Source: Lepidodermella squamata
Lineage: Eukaryota > Animalia > Gastrotricha
Direction of reading: 5' to 3'
Length of the DNA stretch: 64,000 nucleotides
NCBI GenBank assembly: GCA_047495785.1
Contig: JBLDXI010000045.1
Coordinates: 434,001 to 498,000, forward strand
Below, in pieces: positions 44,037-54,575 of the stretch. How positions within the stretch are numbered: the stretch's first letter is position 1; the number at the start of each line of letters is the position of its first letter. The notes under the pieces were generated by a model, which saw only the letters and a program-made list of their open reading frames with translations, ran no database searches and had not been told where the DNA came from. The position numbers and the translations under genes are program-made.

Positions 44037-45910
44037 TTTATTCTGATTTTTTCTCGATTTTTTTCAAGACGGGGATCACGCTAATTACTATCGCTTGACT
44101 ATCAGATATTCGACGGGTTATATAATGCTGTTCGTTGTTATATGGATGATTTCTCTAGATGAAACTCTTGAAAGTCGGGTAACAATAAAGAGAGTAGAAA
44201 AAGAAAGCCGAAAAAAAATCGAACGCGCTACAAAAAGTTGGCGCCTTCGTTGCTATGTACAACATTTTTGTTTTATCACAGTTTGACAGCTGGCTGTCGA
44301 CAAGGCTTGCGTCCGTACGTCGTTCTTCCCCTCACTTTTTACAACATGCATTCATTTATCACAACATGTCGGTGCTAGATGCATCGACTCGCTTGGTCCC
44401 TGGGCGTCCAAAAACCACCCGCGTCCACGTGTTAGAAAAATATCAATCATCTTCGCACATCACGCCGTCCAATATAATCATTCCATCACGCTCCGTCCAA
44501 CATTCACATCATCTCTCGGTACAGATAAGATGAGAAAATGAGAAAAAAGATTGTTGCGTAATAAGGTAACAAGTCCTATTACAGGCAAGACTTGGCCTAT
44601 ATACAACTGAGATCATTTTTCCGCGCGAAAACTGGCTACGTAAGAATTCTCAATACTATTTAGCAGAGCTATTGCTATCATAGGATACAATAGTTACAGC
44701 TCTTTTAAATAACAACCAGAGAATAGTAGGTATATCGCTGATAGAGTGAGACGTTTTAGTAGAAAAAAATAGAACGAAATCAGTCGTTACAGTATGTTTT
44801 TTTGGTCTTATAATAAGCTTTTAAGATTCTGGCTGAGAGTTTGATAGATTTGAGATTATCTGCTCATCGACTTGCCACTCTGACTCGAATTCGAATTCAT
44901 GACCAAGATGTGCCAATTCGCAGCTTGTCGCTCGCGAACAGTAAGACGAGCATTCCAGATACTCTCTGTATTGAAGATAAAACGTTATAAAAAGGCTGAG
45001 AAATTCGGGTACACCATACTCACCTTACTCGCCCACGAACGAAGCGCGTGTCCTTGATGCTCAGGACGCGGCGCGTCAAATCGCAAGTTAACACGTCTAA
45101 AGAAAATGAACAGAAAAGGTTAGAAATTTCTGGAAAATAGCTGGTGGTTTTTTGGTGGTCTGATCGAAGTGAAAGGTAAAAAGCGCGCTGGGGTGGGCCT
45201 TTTATAGCGCAGGTAGCACGAAAATTGGCTCGGCTGTTCGGTTGTGTTTATGCGCACACAAACTCGCAATAATGAGCGCCTATTTTATTTTAAAACTTAA
45301 AGAATTATTTATGACGCGAGATGAGCGCGCGCGCGCTCAGTGGAGAGAGAAAAATAAAACGCGCCTCGCTCTCTTTCGTCTTCGGGCGAAGGGCGCGCTA
45401 TTCATTATTGAAAGGCAGGTAGTAGGTGTATTGAGCGAAAATTTCGTCGCTCTAAAAGAGCGCGCCGGCTTTGTGTGTTGATTGGCGACGGCGTTGAACG
45501 CAATAATAAAACGCGATAGAACAATAATAGGAGTAATAACAACCGAAAACGTCACAGCAGCAGCAGCAGCGATGGCAGGCAGTTGAATGGCGCGCGCACG
45601 GGAGTGGATGGGCGCGCGCTCGTGTATTGATTGGCGCGCGTCCCTAGCAACAGCGCTCGATGACCTTGCGGCGAGACGCGCGCGCTGTTATAAACGCATA
45701 TAAAATGCAATTGATTGCGTGCTGCCACTTTGATTGCCTTGTCACAGCAGCGCCGGGAGAACGCTCGTACAAGTCGTCCGGTTTCGGGCGCCAAAGTTGA
45801 TTGTTTGCGCTGAACAACGCGCGCGCGCAAGGCGAAAAGCGCAATATTTTATTTATAGTTATATACCTGTGATGGTACTCTAAGATGCGGGCAACACCTG
45901 CGCGTGCGTG
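44037..45910 (-). ncRNA. Putative spliced lncRNA or small-ORF transcript with a miRNA/Pumilio-site-rich 3' region
   Basis: TATAAAA at 45206-45200 and 45941-45935; donor at 45866; acceptor TTTTCTTTAG at 45097; exon 45096-45024; 58-nt intron 45023-44966 (GTGAGT...TACAG); AATAAA at 44042-44037; first AUG ORFs only 18 and 14 aa. Confidence 0.55.
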
Positions 45911-46851
45911 TGGCCAGCGCCTTGTAGCCCACCTTTTTATAGGCCGGGCGGATGTTCGAATGTCGACGAGTGATTTCGGTGACTAAACAGAGCCGTGCGG
46001 CAGCTGTTCGCATCTCCAAGAGCAATCAACAATCATGACATGGGGCCTCTTCGCTGGCTATAATAAAGTAATAATACAGGGCGATGATGATGACAGACGT
46101 CTTGGCAGAGGTAAACGCACCGATCGATCGATCAGGGTTCACCTGCGTTGCAAAACGTGCCGACACAGTGGCAAGTCAAGCCTCGTTAAAATTGTGCGCA
46201 CGCCGCCACCTTAATGGAAAATTATTATCACAGCTATTAATTAGCGATATATAAATTAAATGATTCGAAACGAAACGCGAGAAACAGCGTTTACTTTTAT
46301 TTTCGCGACGAAGCGTGGTTTATAAACTAGGCGTTGCGCGACGTGCGATAATTTTCGTGAATAAAAACCGAGGGAAGCAAGGGAGATAGATGATAAGCTG
46401 GTTGCGGGCGCATCACGCGGTTGCGCAACCGCAAAAATATACCAGCGAGGAGCGTGCGAGTGCGATTTTGTCGGTGCGCACCGGGCGCGCGGCGCCTCGA
46501 AACCAAGAACAATAACATGATTATTATTACGGGCTAAGATAATAATTCTTCCCGGTGCGACAAGTGTCGTCTTCCTCCAGCCGTAATCCATCGAGCCGCA
46601 ACGTTATTAGCCCACACCTTTCTTCATTGCGCACATTATCTCGTTGAGGCCGACCGGGCTCATTCAGCCCAACTTATCAGTGACATCAGGTAACAGTCTA
46701 ATTTTCACGTTACTCTCACGTCGATTTCTTTCGAGATTTGCTGATGAAGCCAGCAAAAAGTGTGGTGAAGTAAATAAAATGAGCTTATGCATAATTGTGA
46801 TGAGGCATGTTTTTGCATATTTTAAACACATCTTGGGATTTGCGAAGCCGA

Positions 46852-46923
46852 GGTTCCATGGTGTAGCGGTTAGCACTCTGGACTCTGAATCCAGCGACTC
46901 GAGTTCGATTCTCGATGGGACCT
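46852..46923 (+). tRNA. tRNA-Gln(CTG)
   Basis: GGTTCCATGGTGTAGCGGTTAGCACTCTGGA-CTCTGAA-TCCAG...GAGTTCGATTCTC...TGGGACCT; 72-nt cloverleaf. Confidence 0.95.
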
Positions 46924-47245
46924 TCACATTTTGCTGGCAATTTTTTTATTTTTATTTTTATTTATTTATTTTTTCATTTTATCAGGTCTGTATTGCAATG
47001 AACAAGCCTGAAATCTTTCCTTATAAAAAAATTAAATTGGCTGTAATAATTCAGATTCCCATCGGATGCAGACATTGATAACTTGAAATAGCAGGAACGT
47101 TATGAAGTTTATGAAAATTACGTGACTCCAGGTATGCTAAGAAAAAGTAAACCAATAATTTTTAAATGGAATAATTTATTAAGCAAAGCCTGTGTCGATG
47201 AAAATAAAAAAGGGTGGTATCCATTGCTAAAATGAATCATATAAT

Positions 47246-47326
47246 TGTGTGCATATGCAAATTATTCATAAAATAATATCGACTACTATAATAAAAAGCG
47301 GCTCGAATCTTTAAAAGATAATAATT
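47246..47326 (+). promoter_or_regulatory. U4 snRNA promoter (two conserved blocks, one containing octamer ATGCAAAT)
   Basis: Blocks TGTGTGCATATGCAAA (starting at -81) and ATAATAAAAAGCGG.TCGA are shared with the copy at 24479, while the spacer differs. Confidence 0.75.
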
Positions 47327-47464
47327 AGCTTTGCGCAGTGGCAGTTCCATACTCAGTGAGGTGCAAACCGAGAGGTGGAAATTGCTAATTGAAAACTACC
47401 CCAATTACCCGCTCTGAGGACCTACGGGTCCCCTGTAGCACTTTCTGGAGCCCCACAAGGGGCT
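47327..47464 (+). ncRNA. U4: U4 spliceosomal snRNA
   Basis: 5' AGCTTTGCGCAGTGGCAGT (U4/U6 stem II); k-turn stem-loop with TGAGG...CCGAG; TTGCTAATTGAAAACT (stem I); Sm-position ACTTTCTGG between hairpins; terminal hairpin AGCCCC-ACAA-GGGGCT. Confidence 0.93.
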
Positions 47465-47558
47465 ATGAACATAAAAACAAATTAGCGGTTTTTATTTGTT
47501 TGAAGGCTCGGAAAACATCGATGAAAAATTATTAACTATGCAAAAGGCGAACATTATT

Positions 47559-48758
47559 TTAGCTGGAAAACGGGCTTTGTACTTCAGATTGACCTCCTAA
47601 GAAAGCGTCTGGCCACAGACCAAGTATAGGCGATAAGGCGCTTTGACAGTATTCCGTCGATTCTGTCATATCGGAGCTGTAAGATGCAGAGCTAGCTGCC
47701 TCCAAATCATCCATCGAAGTGCGCATATCGTCAAAAAACGCGTCGTCAATCAGTGCCGTCGTACATGGTGGAGGTTCGATTGGATAATGTTTGCAGACAA
47801 TGCACTCGAGATCGTTTGAAAACGGATTAAATACCGGGAAAACTTCGATTTTCGTGTTCAAAAACGTCCCGTCTTTACGAACAGCAACCAGCCCATGAAC
47901 AACCGCCTTATTCGCCCGCCCTTGAACAGCACTCGTCAGTACCTGTGTGATAGTTTCGTAAAATTGAGGATAGACGCTCAAGAAAAAATTTGCGCCAATA
48001 GCCTCGAGCGGTAGCCAGCCAATCGCTTGAGTCATTTTTTCGTCTGCGAAAGTTGTTGTGAACATTTCGTCGAACTGATGCCTGGTTGTGAAATGGCGCG
48101 AAGTGACTGGTTCGAGAATTGAACTCTGCGGCCGAATCCATCTCGCGAGACCGACAAAACACAAAGTAAGCTCATCGTAAGATGCAAGTTGCCCGCAAAC
48201 TTCGAACGGTTTCGATTCGGAATCGCCGTTATAAGATCTTAAATTACAATGAAAATGCCGCCGCCGACTTCCACGGCCGATTTCAATCGGCGATTGCATT
48301 GAGGACCGGATACGGATCAAATCTTGATCACTGCCTGATATTTGATCGAAAATAGTCGAATTCAGCCACGATTCTTGCGTAGCGCCGAGTAAGTTGAAAA
48401 CAGTTGGTGTTACAAAGCGAATTCGCCCGGTATTGATATCGGCGGCGAAAATGAAGCTATCCGTCGCTGTGAGCAATAATTTGGCGAATTCGTCGTCGTC
48501 TAAGAACTGGGCCTGTCTCGCCGACTGCGCTCGAATCAAATCGACAGCCCATTTCATCACCTCCAGTTTTATTGGGTTTTTTCGTTTGCGAATGGCACCT
48601 GATGAAGACGACGCGGCTGGTTTATTCCTGCCTTCTGTGATCCAGTTGCGATACTGATGTAGCATCAGAATGAACTTTTTAAATTCATGCCGGCGACGTC
48701 GCTCCACTTCAGCATGGCTAATAGTTGGTGATGGCTCGTTAGGTGAAACGTTGCTCAT
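47559..48758 (-). CDS. Divergent ARNT/BMAL-class bHLH-PAS factor, intronless
   Basis: Basic region SHAEVERRRR, helix 2 KLEVMKWAVDLI, PAS-A entry FLDDDEFAKLLLTATDSFIF, PAS-B FTTRH, PAC end FNPFSNDLECIVCKH. Confidence 0.82.
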   Translation of the reverse strand: MSNVSPNEPSPTISHAEVERRRRHEFKKFILMLHQYRNWITEGRNKPAASSSSGAIRKRKNPIKLEVMKWAVDLIRAQSARQAQFLDDDEFAKLLLTATDSFIFAADINTGRIRFVTPTVFNLLGATQESWLNSTIFDQISGSDQDLIRIRSSMQSPIEIGRGSRRRHFHCNLRSYNGDSESKPFEVCGQLASYDELTLCFVGLARWIRPQSSILEPVTSRHFTTRHQFDEMFTTTFADEKMTQAIGWLPLEAIGANFFLSVYPQFYETITQVLTSAVQGRANKAVVHGLVAVRKDGTFLNTKIEVFPVFNPFSNDLECIVCKHYPIEPPPCTTALIDDAFFDDMRTSMDDLEAASSASYSSDMTESTEYCQSALSPILGLWPDAFLGGQSEVQSPFSS

Positions 48759-49751
48759 TTTAAAATTTTAAAGTAAATGTTAGCGTGTTAAACACACTTC
48801 CGATATTTTTTCACCTCTTTATATATCTATTTCTATCGTGATTATATCGGGAGTTGAAATGCAGGTTCCGGTCACGACTATCTATAGCGGTTCAAGCGTA
48901 ATAATATCACAGCATCAGCCTGATTCATGCTCTCACAACTGCGTAGGTGACGTATCGTATGCTTTTTTAAGCCATACATGTTACTATTTTTTACTGTTAA
49001 GTTTTACTATACGTGCTTTGGCCGTTTAAAATGTCGTGTAATCGTGATGGTGACTTGGATTCGTCATTTCAAAACGGAAACAGCGAGAGTAAGTAGGTAA
49101 AAATAAGCTGACTCAGGTTTGCTCAGCCTGGTTTCACGGGGTAAAACTATAGAGAAAATAGTGCACTTCCGGGCTACCGTAAAAAAGCTCTTATTCTGAA
49201 AAAAACCCAACGTTTTTCAGGTCTTGAAAATCAGGAAAAAATTATAAAAATTATCAGAATTGAATAAGCATAAGGGGTGCCGATTTCCGATGGAGAAGAA
49301 CATTTTTTAATTATACCTTGATTTTTATAATGTAAAAAAAATAGCTGCAGGTATGGGTAAATTCGGACACTTCATTAGCTTTATTAAAAAGCGAAGAATT
49401 TCTTTCTTAACATTGGTTCCCTTAGATGAGAGACACTGCTTGATTGCTTTATTGATTTGCTTGCAATAATATTCATTTCAGGATTTGTTACCGCTGGAAA
49501 GTTGATGTCCCAGGCTACCGCGTGCATTTTTCGTTCTTATATTTTTTTAAGCCGCCCTATATATGAGAGTGAAGGTGAAATGGCAAAGTGTCCCAATTTA
49601 TACCACATCCAAATTTAACCAGCGTTCGGTATGTAGCATACGATCTCTTGAAAATGAAGCTTTCAATAATCGATTTTTTTTGTTTTATTTGGATCAACTT
49701 GTTTGTTCGCAAATAAGTATGAAAGAATTGAATAAATTATTCGTCTCACTG

Positions 49752-51035
49752 TTAAATCGGCGAATTATCATAATTGGTCGATGACGAATAAGGAGGAGTA
49801 CCGAATGTTCCGAGCGCCGCTGTAGTCTCATTGTTTGTCCCAACGGCCTGAACTCCTTGAACCAAATTGGGTGGCGAATGGCCTCCAGTTGGCATAAACG
49901 CTGCCGACGGATGGTGAATCGGATTACCAAGCGTGGCCGGGTAGTGCTTGCAAACGATGAATAGCACTCTTTTAGAGAATGGGTTCACGATTGGAGCAAT
50001 TTTTACGTCGAAAATCGTCGAGCCTACGAAGCCATATTGAGCAACTGCTTGCAACCCACTAATCACACGCTGTTCCGTCGTTGCGCCACTCGCGATTGCG
50101 TTGAGATATTCAGAAAGCTGCGAATCGAAAGCGTCCGCGTAAATCGATCGCAAAAAATTTGGCACTGTCGCGAAATCGTGAGGCCACTTCCAGCCTAAAT
50201 AACACGTTAATCGATGATCTGCGTAAGTGACCGGAAAGTTCGGCGCCTCGATTTTGTGACGAGTCGTGAAATGATCGGAATTCGACTCGGCGACGAACCC
50301 CGGCGTCTCTCGAATCAATTGAGCAGCCGCTACGAAGCAATTGCCATTTTTAAGGTGGCCACTGATTCGAAATTTTTGATAATTGCCGTTATTATTCGAT
50401 CTGATTTTGCAGTGAACTTCACTACTTGTCGCGTGTTCAGCATCGATTCTCGGTGATTCAGGCGATGAAGTGACTGTGTAGTTGAAAATTCGTGAATCTT
50501 CAGGGTGAATGAATTCATTAATCGATGGCGAGGACAGCCAATCATTTGCTGTGAACCCGGTTAAATCCCAGACGGAATTTGTGACGGCTAATACTTTACC
50601 GTTCGGGATACGAATCGAAAACATGAAGCAATCACAGGCTTTCAGCATCAAGCCCTGGAATTCGTTGTCTGACGTGAAAAGCGGCCGGTTAATCGCGGTG
50701 TTAAACGGTGGTTGGCATTCAATAAATTCGATGGTTTTCTCTAAAATCGCCAGCTTTTTCGGCCGCCGATCGCCGCTGGAAGGCTGGTCGTCTATGTAAC
50801 TCGCATCAAGCTGTAGACACCTTGGAACGTACTGCCCCAGCATTTGGACGTATTTAGTAAATTTCATCCGCCGGCACTGCTCGACCTCGCGGTGCGTTCT
50901 TCGCCGGCGCTCGGTTAACGGGTCAATATCGCCGTAGTCGTAGTCTGCCGATTCACATTTTGCACTGTTTGAATCGAGCAGCTCATCGTCAAGCGAACTG
51001 TGCCCCCTCATGTCGTCCATTCCATGCATTGACAT
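49752..51035 (-). CDS. Second divergent ARNT/BMAL-class bHLH-PAS factor, intronless
   Basis: RRRTHREVEQCRR, KKLAILEKTIEFI, SDNEFQGLMLKACDCFMF, FIHPED, FTTRH, NPFSKRVLFIVCKHYP; collinear with the neighbour. Confidence 0.82.
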   Translation of the reverse strand: MSMHGMDDMRGHSSLDDELLDSNSAKCESADYDYGDIDPLTERRRRTHREVEQCRRMKFTKYVQMLGQYVPRCLQLDASYIDDQPSSGDRRPKKLAILEKTIEFIECQPPFNTAINRPLFTSDNEFQGLMLKACDCFMFSIRIPNGKVLAVTNSVWDLTGFTANDWLSSPSINEFIHPEDSRIFNYTVTSSPESPRIDAEHATSSEVHCKIRSNNNGNYQKFRISGHLKNGNCFVAAAQLIRETPGFVAESNSDHFTTRHKIEAPNFPVTYADHRLTCYLGWKWPHDFATVPNFLRSIYADAFDSQLSEYLNAIASGATTEQRVISGLQAVAQYGFVGSTIFDVKIAPIVNPFSKRVLFIVCKHYPATLGNPIHHPSAAFMPTGGHSPPNLVQGVQAVGTNNETTAALGTFGTPPYSSSTNYDNSPI

Positions 51036-51269
51036 GAGTTAACTACTATAATATACCCAGTGTGTTGCAACCCTGCTTACACATGAGCATTAAAGTTTTG
51101 GTGAAATGCACTTGGAAAAGTTTAGTGGCTACGTAAACAAGACTACAACAATACCACGCTATTTTGTCAAAAAGTAAAAACTATTATGCATTTTCATATC
51201 GCGACGAGCTGAAGTAAAATGAATTTGAACGCAATAAATCACGCAGTTTTTTTATTCAATTTCGAATTT

Positions 51270-53875
51270 TTAATTATCACAGATTTTTTTCGTTATTTCA
51301 ATGAGATGAGGATAGTGTTGATCAGACTTGAATTCGACGTCACTGCACGTGTTATTTTCGAGTATTTCTTGATACTTGGCCCATAGCGCTTCGTCGTAGC
51401 GCTCGGTGACTTTAATATCACATCTATCGCTCAGTCGCACCCGATCGGCGAAGGCGGCTAGCGAGCCATCGCGGCAAGGTGCCACCATAATGCCCATTCC
51501 ACCCGGCGTGAGCATTGTCAAAATTGTCTCCAGCAGCGAGTCGTGGGAATCTTTGAAAAACAGGCTGCGGAAAATGAGAAAATAACAATTTTTTAAGGAG
51601 GAATTTTGAATTTATTTACCAATCTGCGCAGATAATGAGATCAAAGTGATTAGTCCATGCGCCTTCGGGATCGCAAGCGGAAAGCTGATCCCATCGAAGT
51701 AGTTTTGAATGAACATGTTTCGCTCTAAATCTTGATTTGTTCTGTTCGATCATCGCTTCAACATCTGAAACAAAAAGACACAAAATATTTGCACCAATGA
51801 AAATTAAGATTCCAGCGTTACATTTTTCCGATTCTTTGTGATTTCGGCGTTTTCCGTTTTGGATCAATGGTAACGTCTGAACTTTTTCATCAGCTAGGTA
51901 GAAACTTTTCAATTTTGGCTTCCAAGACTACTGATATCGGAAAAATCACTGATTTTTAAAATCGATACTTGGAATCGATATTGGTCTGTAGGCTCATAAC
52001 TCGTAAACCGACCGCTCATATAGCTCAAAATACGCGCCATAGTGGGATCTATCGGCTATGATCATTAAAAATCCAGATTATTGGGAAGACGTGAAGCTCA
52101 AAAAACCATATTTTGGGAAAATTTGGGAGATATTTTTCCATAATTACAGTGTGTCCGTCAAATAATATGAGCCTAAATATAGCATTTTAATTGCGCCTGT
52201 TCACGAGTCGTGCACGAGGCAAAAAAAACGCAGCACTGAATGGTAGTACAGCTATTGTTGTTCATTGCTGGAATAATATCAATTATTGCTCCGCCAAAAT
52301 TTGTATTATTTAATCAAGATAAAGAACATTCTTCGGAACGAAAGCATTAGCTTCGGGATTTTCACCTGCAAGCTTTGTACATTACTAAAGTTTTGGGGAC
52401 AACGAGTTGCCCTGAATATTCATGCAATAAGATCAAACGCGCGACAATGTCAACCTGATATCTGGAAAAAATATAACCATTTAACTGCGATTTAATAGCA
52501 AATTTTCTGATCCAATTCAGTTAAAACTGCTTGTACCAGCCATTGGACGTATTTTTGCGGACTTTTGTGAAATTCACGTATATAACGGTTAGCCGATAGC
52601 GCCCCGGATGCTACACAAATTGGCGAAAGCGACATTACCCCTTTATTTCAGAACGCGGAACTTATTTCAAACAGATTACCAGGTCGTAATGGAAACTGCT
52701 TTAGTTGCTTTCATTGCATTTGTTGCATTTGTTGCATTTTATGCTTCAACGGCAGTTATTAAATTGGACATGCAAGATTACGAAAAAAATTTAGAAAATG
52801 TCCCGCGGCTGTTGAAGACCCAAGTCGATGGGCAAGTCGATGTACGCGAAAAAGGGGAAACCCGATTCCAAAAAAACGGTTTGTAAAACTGGCCATGGCC
52901 GAATTCAAAATGGCCCTTGCAAAACAAAAAACTGAAACGGCTGAGGGAGAAGATGATGATGACGGAGATGAACCTGATAATTAAGATAATTTTTTAAAGG
53001 CGCGGCTCGTTAAGAGGAAAATATGAGCATTCCTGATGGTCAGAGCATCACCTTCTCTATCACCTGAAAGAATTAAGACGAAGAAAGTTTAATCATCAAC
53101 ACTAGCTGATGCATACAAATTTTAACTAGCAGTAGTAAATAAAGCTTTCGATTTCATTGACGTATTATTTTTTGCATCTCATGAAAAAAATGAGACGCCA
53201 GATCTGGCACGCGCCACGCTTGATGTTGCTTTTGGACTATAAATAGCCTCATATTATTTGACGGACACACTGTATAGCAGGAATTTTTCAACTCACTAAT
53301 TACAGATTTTTCATTGCCATCGGTCAGCAGTACTTCGTCGAAATCGTGCGATAGAGCAGACGCGAATCCGGCTAGGCAAGTCATTCCTCCGCCAATTTCG
53401 CATACTCGCTTGTAATTCTCCTTCTTAAAACCTGAAGCCAGTAAATAATGGCCCAACACATCTTCCGACGGCCAGATGCCTAGAATTAGTGAGAAAAGTG
53501 AACTGAAAGCCAAAAAACGTCAATGGTCAACTCACAAACATTGCCGGTATTATTAAAACCGGTCAGATCTTCAACTGTAATGCGGTCGGAATATATTCTC
53601 ACTTCCAGGCTCAAGTCATCCGAGTCGCCTATTGCGAATTTTTTCCACAAAACATCACCGCAATCTCTGATTGTTTCATTCGTGTCTTTGAATAATAAAT
53701 TATAGCCAGCAAATTTTCGGCCGGAAAGCTGCGACTGGCTTAGATCATTACGATTGTTCCTCAACACCTGAAATATATTTTTCAATAAAATTTCGCATAT
53801 TCCGCCTTAAATTACCTGCTTGACTAGCAGCCACCTTAGTTTCGCATTGCTAACTTTTGGTTTGCTAACAGACAT
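51270..53875 (-). CDS. CAMKMT: Calmodulin-lysine N-methyltransferase
   Basis: [22 protein letters not shown]|[62 protein letters not shown]; the long intron ~51766-53296 carries a transposon. Confidence 0.93.
52147..53272. mobile_element. Non-autonomous Tc1/mariner-like element in a CAMKMT intron
   Basis: TIRs CAGTGTGTCCGTCAAATAATATGAG at both ends; TA duplications at 52145-52146 and 53273-53274; no intact transposase. Confidence 0.9.
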
Positions 53876-54575
53876 TTAAGCCTATGAAATTATGAAAAAA
53901 AACAAGGCATTAATTCATAAAACCATATTTTATTCTTCATTTTCAGGTTTTTTTTACATAACATTTGCTTTTTAATAAAACTTTCGCTCATTTTTTCATC
54001 GTAATCCACATATATATAGTAAACAAAAATTAGCTCTCAAGTTTAAATTCAGTGAAGACATGTTTTCATTTTCGATATCGGCGGAATTGATAGCAACAGA
54101 AATTATATTATTATTATTATTATTATAATTCAAGCAAGTGAAAATTATAATTTTTGCATGGCTGCTTTGATGATGATTGATACAGGGCTTTCATCAACTG
54201 GAAACGCATGATGAGCATCGACCCGCCACACTATTATAGAAAAGAATAAGGAGCTTTACATCTGTAATCATCGTTTTTTCCAAGAAATCAAGGCAAAATT
54301 AGCGACGATAGAAACAACAGAAAAATTGCGCGTTTTTTGGGCTAAACGGCCAGCCATAAATAATACCTGGAAGTTTTTGTTTTGTTTTCATCGTTATATT
54401 TTTCAATGTAGAAGAACAAGTTTTTTATTAGGAAAAAGTAATGTAACACCAGGACATAATTTCAGTTTTTCGATCTAAATTTCTCGTAGCAAACCAGTAA
54501 ATTAGGATAGCGAAAAGCGATGTAGAAGAACTAGAGCGAAGAAGGCAAATGGGCTTTTTTCTAGAAAACAAACAA

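Noticed and set aside
44608-44636. A bantam miRNA gene on the plus strand
   Set aside because: A 7-nt insertion interrupts the mature-like sequence and no star arm or hairpin is apparent; it fits better as a minus-strand target site.
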